Origin: a virus
IMG/VR virus record: IMGVR_UViG_3300046673_000114
Location: 1 to 64,000 of that record
Strand: one strand, 5' to 3'
Length of the DNA: 64,000 bases
Shown here in pieces: positions 30,217-40,569 of the stretch. A program made the position numbers and the translations under genes. The notes under the pieces were generated by a model, which made no database searches, was not told the DNA's origin, and saw nothing but the letters and a program-made list of their open reading frames with translations. Within the stretch, counting starts at the first letter, position 1, and each line of letters begins with the position of its first letter.

Positions 30217-31884
30217 ATGCCAAAAACTAAAGAATGTAGGTGCAATCCGTATCAACAAGTTCCGAAAGACGCGTATTATTTAACGTTATATCACCTCTTT
30301 CGTTGCTCTAGATGTGGTGGAAAAAGGGGGTAAACATGCCAGCGTGCGAAGGTTGTAAAACTAAAAAGATTTCTTTAATAGTCACACACACAAACGAAGA
30401 CGGCATAACCACCGGATTCGAGATTAATCCGTGTAACGAACTCGGCTGGAATAAGAAGGATATGGTAAAAGCCGAACGATTAGCATATTGTATAAAGAGA
30501 TACCATAAAGGGGTGCGATGAAAAATGACAGAAGATAAAACACAACATATAACGTGGGACTCGTGCGAAACTGTAACTGACGCGCTTCTATTTAACATAT
30601 GGAACGCGCTCGAGCGGCTTATCGACGTCGAGAAAGAACGAAATAAGATAATGCAAAATACGACATTCAACGGCGCGATACTCGTGCAGAAGCGAGGTAA
30701 CTAGAATGGATAGAACAAGTATAATAATTTCGAAAGACACACGCGAACGGTTAAAACATTTCGCGCGAAAGGATGAAACGTACGACGCCGCAATACAACG
30801 AATGATTAGTCAATGCGAGGGTGAAAGATGAGAGTATTTAAGCACTTTAATTCTATAACCGACGCGTCGTGTCCGATATGTAACACGAAAGACGATAAGA
30901 AAGTCGTTTTAGTGGCGAAATGCGGCACAAAAGAAGGATGTAACGCAGAAGCGGTTCAGGTGCATCTAGATTGTTTAGAGCTATGGTACGCGGTTACAGA
31001 CGAAAATATAAATGTTATATACCAATCGTGGTGATGAAAAATGACTGAAAAGATTAGACCATTTGGGAGACAGCTTTCTACGTTTTGCGTTCATACTCAA
31101 GAAACGACGTTTCGGTATTGCGTAAAAGGTTACGCGAGTACGCCGTTAAAGAGAGAGTGCGAGGAATGTCTTGAGGGTTTAGATTTAGTCGATAAAGTGA
31201 GGTTACATCAATGAACGTCACTCAGGACGAAGAAGGAAAGAATAAACTAACGTATGAGAGCGACCCCGAAGTCGTAAAAAGATGGGTTGATGATATTCTC
31301 CTAGAGGATAAAATGTACTACGAAAAAGGTCGGGGCTGCCCCGGTTTAACCGTCGATGAGTTAGCGATTCTTTCTACCGGCAAAAAGCCGATGTGGTTCT
31401 ATCAGGAGCTATATAGGCTTATCGATACCGGAAAGTATAGAATCGTGCGAAACGAAGACCACGACGCGGAGTATGATGTGAAATGAACTGCGGGGATTGT
31501 AAAGGTAATACGAGCTGCGAGGGTCTAAGACCGGCCGGTACGCTAGAACTCTGTAAAGAGTGTAAATGGTTTGTTTCATTCGTCGGACAACTTGAAGCGA
31601 AGCATTGTCAAATCGGCCGCGAGAAAGTAGAGATATATTGTAAAGACTACGTTCCTAAACGATGGGAAAACGAACCATGGGAGAATGAATAAATGTTAGC
31701 GTTTCAGTGTAAATACGATTTAGATGCGCGGTGTAACTTTTCGTTTATTGGTGATAAGAACACACCAACGATTGAAGAGTGTAAACTATGCGTCGAGATT
31801 AGACAGATGAAACTCGAGAAAGAAATACTAGAGTGGTCGAAACAAAAAACAACGGAAGTAGGAGAGTCAATTACCACGCCCTGA
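30217..31884 (+). other. Run of small hypothetical, often Cys-rich ORFs
   Basis: Tightly packed ORFs (e.g. 30828, 31211, 31483, 31693) with stop/start overlaps. Confidence 0.6.
30706..30831 (+). CDS. Ribbon-helix-helix-like DNA-binding protein (41 aa)
   Basis: TSIIISKDTRERLK..KDETYDAAIQRM. Confidence 0.6.
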   Translation: MDRTSIIISKDTRERLKHFARKDETYDAAIQRMISQCEGER

Positions 31885-33101
31885 CGGACGTGGCTTGTAA
31901 CTGTGTCAAGAACACGCTACATTCGGCTGATTGACAGGCAGCCTACTCACATTGGATATACCATCATGAGCGATATTGCGAGAAGCGTTAAGGTCGGCAT
32001 TGAGCGAGAACCCGCACTTACGGCAGCGGTAGCTAGAGCCATCCCTATTCCTTTTATAGACGTGGCCGCAGTTAGAACACTTCTGCGATGTGTAACGAGC
32101 ATCGACAAGCAAAACGTGCTTACCGACGGCTTCTGCTTTATACCGCAGGAACTGTTCAAGCTGGTAGAACGCCCACGAGTTAAGAAGACCGTTGAACTTT
32201 CTACCACGCCGCTTTTGTACCCTAACCTTACTCAAGTCTTCGAGCGCATAGACACCGAAGGGCAACGAGACAAGCTCCTTACTAATGCAGTGGTTAACGT
32301 CAGTCACAAACCGAGTTTCCCGTTTACTCATACGCTTAAGCTTGCGTTTAGCGGAACGGGTGCCTTTGGACTGAAGCTCTGCACGAAGGTGTGCATACTT
32401 TCCTCGCACGTTCTTGACCTGCTTTCCGTTGAAAAAAGAGTTGTTAGATGTAACAGCGATGTTTTTGATTCCGCGGTCGATACCGAGGACTGCACCGTTA
32501 TTAGCCGCTGGCACATTAGCAGACTCCATCGAGACGTGCATAAAAAAGCCGTTGCGATACGAGATTGTAACGCTTTTCAACATCCATCCCAAATACTGCG
32601 AATAGCACGACGGAACCGAGAAACACGCTTTAACGCGCCCCGCAACGGTGGCGATGGTAGCAAATCCTTCGTGGACTTTGATACGAGCAACTCTGTGGTT
32701 ATACCGCAGAGCCGAACGCGGTTTCTTTTGGGGCAACGTTTTGCACTTATCCCGTTTCAGCGATTCGCAAGCGCAGTCTCTCGCACATTGCACGAGCGAA
32801 GACGGAAGCGGAGAAGTAGCACGAAATTGGTGATACGTGCCTTTGTGGTTCTCGACTTTATTCCACGAGTGGTTCTCAAAGCCCCACTGTGCCGAAGCGT
32901 TGAACGCTTTGGTGTATTCGTCCATCGTGGTAAGGAGTTTTTGAGTATCCTCATCGGCACAATGCAGCTTAAGCGTAATAGTCCGTATCACGTTCATATA
33001 TTAGACACGATAGAAGATAAAGGTTTTGAGTGTATGGAAAAAGTAAAAGGAGGACAGGTACGGTCTTCTCTCCCTGCGATAGCGGGGAGTCTCCGACCTG
33101 A
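31866..33101 (-). mobile_element. IS200/IS605-family tnpB-only element 2
   Basis: RE ends GTGGTAATTGAC; LE hairpin at 33061-33101; removal restores an ATGA gene overlap. Confidence 0.88.
31906..32997 (-). CDS. tnpB: RNA-guided nuclease TnpB
   Basis: GIDRG, LEDL, zinc ribbon, NADLNAS. Confidence 0.95.
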   Translation of the reverse strand: MNVIRTITLKLHCADEDTQKLLTTMDEYTKAFNASAQWGFENHSWNKVENHKGTYHQFRATSPLPSSLVQCARDCACESLKRDKCKTLPQKKPRSALRYNHRVARIKVHEGFATIATVAGRVKACFSVPSCYSQYLGWMLKSVTISYRNGFFMHVSMESANVPAANNGAVLGIDRGIKNIAVTSNNSFFNGKQVKNVRGKYAHLRAELQSKGTRSAKRKLKRMSKRETRFVTDVNHCISKELVSLPFGVYALEDLSKVRVQKRRGRKFNGLLNSWAFYQLEQFLRYKAEAVGKHVLLVDARYTSQKCSNCGHVYKRNRDGSSYRCRKCGFSLNADLNASRNIAHDGISNVSRLPVNQPNVACS

Positions 33102-33302
33102 ATGGCAATGATAGACATATGTATCCGTTGCCGTGGAAACCGAGGAATACACTTTGTGCGCTCACAATACGGTAAAAAATACCTATGTGACTCGCAGCAT
33201 AATAGTTGGTTAGCGTATGAGCGACGACTAGAAGACCTAAACGCCACGTGGCCGAAAGAGCGACTTTCGAGGATTTGCTTATGTCTCGGCGGTCGGTTTT
33301 AA

Positions 33303-33894
33303 GAGGTGAAAAATGACTAAAAAAGAGTTAGACAAACCAAAAAGTGTGGAACCCTATGACCCCACCGAGCAAACAATTCATGCGGGGGATTGGTGGTACT
33401 CAGTCAGTTATATTGCTGAGAATGGAATGGCTGGAGATGGCTGCGAGGATTGTAAGCACCTAAAGGTTCTTGACCCGAACGACACGTGTCATGAAAACTA
33501 TAATAACCGACCTTCGTTGCCGTGTTACTCATATGAGACAGAAGAATGAGGTGAAAAATGAACTGTGACGAGACATTAGAGACTATCAAAGGTTATCTCG
33601 ATAGTGATTTAGATAGCGAAACTAAAATCGTAGCCATCAAAACCATTTTGCGAGTTTATACGGGAAAAAGAGGTGAAAAATGACTAAAGACTATATGGAG
33701 TTATATTGGTTTAGTGAGAAAGAAGGAGATTACGGTTGGTGGAGAAAAAAAGAAGCTGGAGAATTTGATGTTAAAAATGAGGTGAAAAATGACTAATGAA
33801 CCAATAGCAGTAATAGACGGCAGGGTTGAGATAATCCCGCAGTTCTTTGACGGGGTATGGATATTCGTTATGGCGGAAGAGGTGAAAAATGACT
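33303..33894 (+). repeat. Five copies of GAGGTGAAAAATGA, each starting a small ORF
   Basis: Copies at 33303, 33548, 33670, 33779 and 33879. Confidence 0.85.
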
Positions 33895-34209
33895 GATTTA
33901 GAACGATTTGAATTATTAAATGAACTCATAGAACGGTTCTCTCGATTCGAGATTCCGGAATCAATAATTTGTAGTGATTTATTAAATGAACTCATAGAAC
34001 GGTTCTCTCGATTCGAGATTCCGGAATCAATAATTTGTACTGAGTTACAGGAATTTCCAACAGAAGATTTACTTGCAGAACTAAAAAGACGAGAGCGAAA
34101 TAATAAAAGTATGGATGATACGAAAAAAGTGGTTAGGCATATTCCACTATTAGATGAAGTTGAACAAGATGGGGTAACCCTAAAAAAGAAGAAGAAAAAT
34201 GAGGTTTAA
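33889..34209 (+). CDS. Hypothetical protein with an in-frame tandem duplication (66-bp period)
   Basis: LLNELIERFSRFEIPESIIC occurs twice (33913, 33979). Confidence 0.6.
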   Translation: MTDLERFELLNELIERFSRFEIPESIICSDLLNELIERFSRFEIPESIICTELQEFPTEDLLAELKRRERNNKSMDDTKKVVRHIPLLDEVEQDGVTLKKKKKNEV

Positions 34210-34278
34210 TGCTAAACGCACCCTATTATTATATAGTTAAACATAGTATCATATATCAATTACGAGGTGACTTTAAAA

Positions 34279-35148
34279 ATGATACAAAAAAAGTTTTGTT
34301 TAATAGGAATTGTACTAGCGGCATTAATGCTCGTGAGTGTGTGCGGCTGTTTAACGCCTCAACCTCAGAGTGTGCCTTTAGCACCAGAAAACGTTTCGAT
34401 TAAGCCAACGACCGTAACTACGCACGTAACGGCGAAAGCGTCGGTTATACCTTCGGTTACGCCATCAGTTGCACCATCGGCGACACCATCACCAACGGCT
34501 ACGCCTACACAGACTACACTTAGCATAAGCGGCCCCACGACGATGATAGAAGGCGGCGGCGGTGTATGGATTGTTTACATTAACGGCCAGCTACCAACCG
34601 CGTCACAATCAAACCAGATAGTGTGGAATAGCGGCGGTCTGCCCGGCGGCGAAGTTACTGCGACGGGACACCCACTCGGCCCGAGCGGACCCTACGGTTC
34701 GTGGGTTATAGACGCTAACGGCGCTGCAACTACAGCTCAGGGAACGCATACGTTAGTAGCGACGTATCAAGGTGTAAGCGCGTCTTATACTATTACGCGG
34801 CTTCCTAATTCGAATACAGCGACGCCAACGGTAGGCACGGTTCAAACCGGACTAGAGGTTATAATGAGCGCTTCGGGACCGGGGGGCAATATAATCTACA
34901 TAAACCAAACAGCTACCGGAACCATAACTATCAATCCCGCAAGTGCTTCAAGTGAGGGTACCCCGACAGCTACAATTGACGGGAGTGCTTACCCCGCGGT
35001 CACCATAACACCATCTAGCATAGGTTCGTGGTCTATTAGTTTTAATCCTAGTGACCTTTCAGTTGGTCAACACGAACTCGTAGTAGTGTATCCTAGTAAT
35101 TCACATTACTTATCTTCGGATATGGCCGTAGTGCTTAACGTTGTATAG
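34279..35148 (+). CDS. Secreted/lipid-anchored surface protein with Pro/Thr linker and Ig-like domains
   Basis: KK-hydrophobic-VCGC lipobox-like N-terminus; its own promoter and RBS. Confidence 0.7.
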   Translation: MIQKKFCLIGIVLAALMLVSVCGCLTPQPQSVPLAPENVSIKPTTVTTHVTAKASVIPSVTPSVAPSATPSPTATPTQTTLSISGPTTMIEGGGGVWIVYINGQLPTASQSNQIVWNSGGLPGGEVTATGHPLGPSGPYGSWVIDANGAATTAQGTHTLVATYQGVSASYTITRLPNSNTATPTVGTVQTGLEVIMSASGPGGNIIYINQTATGTITINPASASSEGTPTATIDGSAYPAVTITPSSIGSWSISFNPSDLSVGQHELVVVYPSNSHYLSSDMAVVLNVV

Positions 35149-35746
35149 TATGTGAAATAGCGACACCCTAGCAGCGACCTAAACCTCTTTTTTTTGGCTT
35201 TCTTTTGTAATACAGCGTCCGCTATAGAAGTGGGACTAATACTCTAGGGTTTTCGTGTCGAAAAGAGTGTTGTAGAAGCGTAGAAGAATGAAAGACGAGA
35301 CCCTAGAAAATAACGTGGCGGAAATGGAGGTTGTGGGATGCTACAAATTTATCTCGTCTTTGTTTCTTCTAGGGATTAGCTAAGCGGCCAAACCCTATAG
35401 GTATAGACACAGTGAAACGTTATATAGATTTAGTAATGGGTTAACAAGTGTTAAGACGTGAAGGGGGGGAGGGTTACTTTAGGTTGTAACACTAAAAACG
35501 ACACCACCCGCTAAATCTCGAAATTGTGTGAAAGAAGAGCATACTATTATTATCTTATTATTATTATTATTATTATTAAATAAAAATCTTTATTAATATA
35601 TATACTACAAGCTAAACTAGACCCTAGTCGTCTACCCGTAAGCTGTTAGAACTAAAACTAACCCCCACCCCCTCGCGCAGCGAATCTTTAAATACTTGTT
35701 TCATTCAAAACAAAATTATATAAGCTAAAGTATCTAACTATTCTCT
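35149..35746. other. Putative replication origin
   Basis: Directly upstream of cdc6; AT-rich (TTA)n core flanked by inverted G-string repeats; ACCCTAG repeats. Confidence 0.65.
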
Positions 35747-36889
35747 ATGAGTTATATCCTAGACCTAGCAAAAAGTTCGTCACCAATCATTAAAGACGAG
35801 CATATTCTAGAATCGAATTATATTCCAGATACAATCGTCGGTCGACATAAGCAGCAAGAAGAGATGTGGCCGCCACTTTCTCATCTTATGAAAGGTCAAC
35901 CAGCGCATCATTTACTCTTAATGGGGCATAACGGTTCCGGTAAAACGGTTGTCATTCGTAGCGTTCTTCGGGACCTCGAGACGGTAACCGACTTTCAGAC
36001 GATATATCTCCCAAGCGTGCGCGACCCTAAGCCTAACTCGGTAATGCGTCGACTTCTAGAAGCATCAGGCGTGGCGCTCCCACCGAAAGACGAGTCGGTA
36101 GCGAGTCTAATAAATCTTCTTGATAAGCATTTATCCACCATAGATAAGCCCATTATATTCATATTCGACGAAATAGACTTCTTTATCTCAAAGGATATGT
36201 GGACGGTTCTTAATTATATCGTGCGCGAAAGAGATATGGCGACCGTCGTAGGCACGACGAACGACCCGAGGCTTCTAAGTAAGATACCGGATAAAAAGTT
36301 AATCTCGGCATATAGACCCTCAACCGTAACATTTCCGCCGTATAACACAGACGAACTACGAGAAATACTCGAGTCGAGAGCTGAGAAAGCGCTTTATGCG
36401 AACGTATTAGAAGCTGAGGTTATACCTCGATGTGCTGCGTTGGCGGTTAGGTTAAATAACGGTGATGCTCGTTACGCTATCTCATTGCTTTCGAAGGCCG
36501 CCGAGATATGTCATACAAACCTTCAAAAGAAAGTTACTAGCGAAGATGTTATACAAGCGGTGCAAGAGCTAGAGAACGAAGAATATGATAAAATAGCCTC
36601 GTTATTATCGGAGCGGCATAAGAACATTCTACGCATATTAATTATTAAAGATAACATACGACGAGCAGAACTACAGGAAGTCTACGAAACTAATAATTCC
36701 TATGATGTTATTTCCGATGTGTGGTTCGCGAGAGAGCTAAGAACGTTAGAAGAATTTGGTCTTATAATCCGATGGTCTAAAGGTAAGGGTCGCGGACTAG
36801 GCGTTACGTGGTTTGTTTCGTTACACGAGGACATTGATAAAGAGAAACTTAAAGAAGTTTTATACCGTGATTTAGGTGGCGGGGCGTGA
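35747..36889 (+). CDS. cdc6: Orc1/Cdc6 replication initiator
   Basis: GHNGSGKT Walker A, IFDEID Walker B, FPPYNTDEL, GDAR, C-terminal winged helix. Confidence 0.93.
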   Translation: MSYILDLAKSSSPIIKDEHILESNYIPDTIVGRHKQQEEMWPPLSHLMKGQPAHHLLLMGHNGSGKTVVIRSVLRDLETVTDFQTIYLPSVRDPKPNSVMRRLLEASGVALPPKDESVASLINLLDKHLSTIDKPIIFIFDEIDFFISKDMWTVLNYIVRERDMATVVGTTNDPRLLSKIPDKKLISAYRPSTVTFPPYNTDELREILESRAEKALYANVLEAEVIPRCAALAVRLNNGDARYAISLLSKAAEICHTNLQKKVTSEDVIQAVQELENEEYDKIASLLSERHKNILRILIIKDNIRRAELQEVYETNNSYDVISDVWFARELRTLEEFGLIIRWSKGKGRGLGVTWFVSLHEDIDKEKLKEVLYRDLGGGA

Positions 36890-38115
36890 CTTCTCCCCCA
36901 GCTAAAGCAGGGGGCTTCTATCGATTGAACGAACAGAGGCAAGCCCACCTCTGAGTATGTTGATTGCAGCGTTCTCATCGCGGTCAGCGACATAGCCGCA
37001 GTCACACGAATGTATGCGGTCTTTCAGTTCCTTCTTGACTATTTGACCACACCTGCTACATTCCTGAGTAGTATTCTTAGGATTCACCAGCACCACTATT
37101 GAACCAGCTTCCTCCGCTTTGTTCTGTGTTGCGTTAATGAATTGAGTCCACGCAGCGTCGCCTATCGATTTGGCGAGGTAGTGATTCTGCTGCATACCTT
37201 TGACGTTCAAATCTTCAAAGGCGATTATGCCGAATCTGTTAACGATTGCACGGCTCAGTTGATGCGCGAAGTCGTTTCGTCTGTTAGCTATCCGTTCGTG
37301 GATTCTTGACACCACCTTTCGGGCTTTCTTCCTTTGTGGTGCGCCTTTCGCTTGAGCTGAGAGTTTACGCTGCGCTTTCGCTAACGCTTTTTCATCGTGC
37401 CTAAAGAATCGTGGGTTCTCGACTTTCTCACCATTAGACAGCGTGGCAAACGACGTTAGTCCTACGTCTACCCCAACAACAGCCCCGTCTTTGAATGTTT
37501 GGGTCTTAGGTTCGTATTCTGTGGTGAAACAAGCAAACCACTTCCCCATAGAACGCTTGTTTATGTTCAGCCGTTTTATCACACCTTCAATCGGGCGATG
37601 CAACACTATCTTGACGTTTCCTATCTTTGACAGCATTAAATCATCTGCTTTAAGAGCGAATCCCATTTGTGGGTAGGTGAATGAATCATAGCGCCCTTTG
37701 CCTTTGAACCTCGGATAACCTGCTTCTTTCTCTCCTGCTTTGACACGTCTAAAGAACGCTTTGAAGGCTAAGTCCACACGTTGAGAGACTTCTTGTAGCA
37801 CTTGCGAATGAACGCTTGTCAGCTCCGGTCTATCACGCTTCCATATTGGTATCAACTTGTTCGTGTCATATCTGCCAAGTGTCACACCCTTTGACTCATA
37901 TGCGGTCTTTCGCGTGGCTAATACCTCATTATATACCCATCGGCACAACTCTAAGGTTTGATTCATCTTAGTTTCCTGTGCCTTTGTCGGATAGAGCCGA
38001 TAGCGATAGACCTTATGCATTGTTTATCTATTGGCATTATTAGCATAAGAATGTTAGGGTTAGGAACGCTCTGTATCCCCACCTTAAAAGGTTGGGGTTT
38101 TATCGCTGCTCACTC
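36886..38115 (-). mobile_element. IS200/IS605-family tnpB-only element 3
   Basis: RE ends GGGAGAAGTCAC; LE preceded by TTTAT; terminal hairpins. Confidence 0.88.
36902..38020 (-). CDS. tnpB: RNA-guided nuclease TnpB
   Basis: YRYRLYPT N-terminus, GVDVG, FEDL, DRDENAA. Confidence 0.95.
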   Translation of the reverse strand: MHKVYRYRLYPTKAQETKMNQTLELCRWVYNEVLATRKTAYESKGVTLGRYDTNKLIPIWKRDRPELTSVHSQVLQEVSQRVDLAFKAFFRRVKAGEKEAGYPRFKGKGRYDSFTYPQMGFALKADDLMLSKIGNVKIVLHRPIEGVIKRLNINKRSMGKWFACFTTEYEPKTQTFKDGAVVGVDVGLTSFATLSNGEKVENPRFFRHDEKALAKAQRKLSAQAKGAPQRKKARKVVSRIHERIANRRNDFAHQLSRAIVNRFGIIAFEDLNVKGMQQNHYLAKSIGDAAWTQFINATQNKAEEAGSIVVLVNPKNTTQECSRCGQIVKKELKDRIHSCDCGYVADRDENAAINILRGGLASVRSIDRSPLL

Positions 38116-38220
38116 ATAAAGAAAGCATCATAGCAAAATACGGCCAAATAGGCGACGACGAGCAGGTACACATAGTTCAGTTTAGAAGAGAGTAAAAACT
38201 ATTAACAAGTGTTAACCTAT

Positions 38221-38285
38221 CTAAAGTGAGGGATTTCGTTCCTAGGCTCAACGAGACGGGAATGGATTCCCGTTTTTCACTTTAG
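38221..38285 (+). ncRNA. Predicted three-way-junction RNA or structured leader
   Basis: CTAAAGTGA/TCACTTTAG closing stem with two internal hairpins. Confidence 0.45.
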
Positions 38286-38297
38286 GAGGAAGACACC

Positions 38298-38555
38298 ATT
38301 CGAAAAAGAACTAAAGTTTTAATAATCGGCGTTCTCGTGCTACTTCTCATACTTGGCGTTTATCTGGTGATTAGTCCGCCGTCGGTTACCCCTACACCAA
38401 CACCGTCACCAACGCCATTAGTCACACCAACGCCGACACCCACCCCGACACCATCACCAAGCCCGACACCGACACCGAACCCGCCAGCGCCAGCACCAAA
38501 ACCTACACCCACTCCAACGCCAACGTGTCGACCGTGTTACGTGACTTATGGATAA
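38298..38555 (+). CDS. Membrane-anchored Pro/Thr-repeat peptide (start uncertain: ATT 38298 or GTG 38337)
   Basis: GGAGGA RBS; basic-hydrophobic N-terminus; (PT)n; CRPC. Confidence 0.55.
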   Translation: MRKRTKVLIIGVLVLLLILGVYLVISPPSVTPTPTPSPTPLVTPTPTPTPTPSPSPTPTPNPPAPAPKPTPTPTPTCRPCYVTYG

Positions 38556-38803
38556 GTGCGATAGCTGCGCGAACTATCTTCATTGCGACATAAAACCTAG
38601 AGAGAACTGCGACGCGTATCGATACAGCGAGCTTCGTGATACGGCGCGGTGGGTCTGCTAAACTTCTAAGCTAGAAAAAGCACCTACCGCTTTTATTCTT
38701 CTTTTTCTCTTAACTATCATAATATCAAAATAGCATTAGCTATTTATACAGGGGCGGCCTTTAGTAATTTGTGTGAAGTGTAAGCTTCACGAGGTGACTA
38801 ACA

Positions 38804-39091
38804 ATGCCTACAACCGAAGAAAACTGGGAATTCCTCGAGAACCTCGTTCTTAAGGAAATCGACCGTGAAAACGAAAAACTCGCGTACTGGGTAGAAGTGC
38901 TCGCAGAATATGGCGCAGACCTTCATAAGATTAGCGAGGAAGAACTAACTTCCGTTCCCGCGCACGTCGAGGTCAACGAAAAGCTCATCGGTACTCTTAC
39001 GGGTATAAAGACCGCAGTAGCCGCCGCTGAGAAGTCGAACAACGCGCTTCTTATCGCGAAGCACCAGCTTCTCGAGCTTTACAACGCGTAA
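38804..39091 (+). CDS. Helical hypothetical early protein
   Basis: TATA-like element at about 38743; GAGGTGA RBS. Confidence 0.65.
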   Translation: MPTTEENWEFLENLVLKEIDRENEKLAYWVEVLAEYGADLHKISEEELTSVPAHVEVNEKLIGTLTGIKTAVAAAEKSNNALLIAKHQLLELYNA

Positions 39092-39136
39092 CAGCAGACG
39101 AGATGGTTAAGAGGCTTATACGAACGTGGAGGTCGG

Positions 39137-39577
39137 TCACCTCATAACTTCGCGAATTAAATCCTCTTTCGTATCGTTCTCTTTTTCTTTTTCTATAACC
39201 CTAACTACATTAAGTAGGTCATAGAAAATAATACGTCGAAGGTGAATCTCTTCGTATAAAAAAGTTTTAAGGTCTTCATCGCGCACGTTGCTCGCGAGAT
39301 GTTCAGCGTCTTGGATAAGTCCTAGGATATGTTCTACTTGCGCTAAGTGCGACTCGTGAGGCACATACTCCTGCGGGTCGTACCTCGCAGGGAAGTACAC
39401 CTGCCAAACGCCACCAAACTCTGAATCGATTCGTCGAAACTTAGTTATACAACGCGCGTGGCAGGTTCTATCTCTAGAATCTAGAATTATACTCTCGTCA
39501 AAGCCAGCTCTATCGGTTATTCTATGCGCCGTGCTTTCACGAATCTTAGGTTTTTCTTTCTGTGTCATAACCTGCAC
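39137..39577 (-). CDS. Hypothetical protein
   Basis: 146-aa ORF co-oriented with the upstream HNH gene. Confidence 0.55.
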   Translation of the reverse strand: MQVMTQKEKPKIRESTAHRITDRAGFDESIILDSRDRTCHARCITKFRRIDSEFGGVWQVYFPARYDPQEYVPHESHLAQVEHILGLIQDAEHLASNVRDEDLKTFLYEEIHLRRIIFYDLLNVVRVIEKEKENDTKEDLIREVMR

Positions 39578-39612
39578 TCGATTTCATAAATGTGCGCGAT
39601 TCATTATAAAGT

Positions 39613-40197
39613 CTACGGTTCACTTGTAGCCGCATCATCTTTATCGTGGGGACAAAAACCGTAGTGGCCTATTGAGGTGTTACAGTTATGACATAAAACA
39701 CGATAGCCACTCGGAAAGTTATTCTTCTTTAGCCACCTAAAGATTCCGTTTCCGCGGTAGCCTAGCTCATTTAGTTTAGCTCTATGTTTCGCACCACCGC
39801 CGTCTTTATGGTCTATCGCTAAAAATTGAATATGAGATTCGCCACAACACGCGCATCTTAGCGTACCGTTAGAATAATGAGAAAGAACCTCTTTTCTAAG
39901 TTTTTCTCTATGTTGTTGCTTTAATTCTTTATTATTTAATACGCGGCAGCTATTACAATAGTCCGTTGTATTACTTCTTATGCTTCTTGGTCTAAACTCT
40001 ACTCCACATCGCTTACATAGCTTTTGCGGTGGTTGGATTAAGTATGTATAACACTCGTCGCAATAATAAAGCGTGAAATGTGGCACAGCATTACCGTGTC
40101 TGGTAGTGGTAAAGATTGTACCACAACGTTTACATGGCTTAGGTTCTGTCCCTATGCGTCGCGATTGATTGTACTCAGCTACCTTACCTCGTTGCAT
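39613..40197 (-). CDS. HNH-like endonuclease with CxxC repeats
   Basis: CACCGE..FLAIDH...YRVLCHNCN. Confidence 0.75.
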   Translation of the reverse strand: MQRGKVAEYNQSRRIGTEPKPCKRCGTIFTTTRHGNAVPHFTLYYCDECYTYLIQPPQKLCKRCGVEFRPRSIRSNTTDYCNSCRVLNNKELKQQHREKLRKEVLSHYSNGTLRCACCGESHIQFLAIDHKDGGGAKHRAKLNELGYRGNGIFRWLKKNNFPSGYRVLCHNCNTSIGHYGFCPHDKDDAATSEP

Positions 40198-40316
40198 TAT
40201 AGAGATGTATGATATACTAGCTTATAGATATTACGCGCTATCGAAATTAACCATATGTTAATTATACACGATAAATCTCACTCTCATAAAAACACTTAAA
40301 TACGATATAGGCGCTC

Positions 40317-40550
40317 TATGTATTGAAAACTCTAAAGGAGGTAGTATATCAGGAAACGTGCAAAAGTTCGGTGCAATAGAGAAATTCGGAGACGTGCGTC
40401 TTTAAACATTCATCTCCAAAAGATAGAGCTTTCGACACACGTCTTTTAAATTTATCGACTTTGTCACCTCAGCGCCTAGGGTGCGACTCTGTAACCTCAC
40501 CTCCCGCAGTGTCGCGCCCTCGTATCTCAAAGAGTTTTTATCGAAACATA
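40317..40550 (+). ncRNA. Predicted multi-hairpin RNA with anti-Shine-Dalgarno loops
   Basis: Closing stem 40325-40333/40531-40539; hairpins 40390-40444 and 40478-40520; TCACCTCC in a loop. Confidence 0.55.
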
Positions 40551-40569
40551 AAAAAAGGAAAACAATATA

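Noticed and set aside
31903-33111. 402-aa plus-strand ORF
   Set aside because: Antisense shadow of tnpB, essentially confined to the IS
38221-38285. tRNA or hammerhead ribozyme
   Set aside because: Only three arms, no T-loop consensus and no CUGAUGA core on either strand
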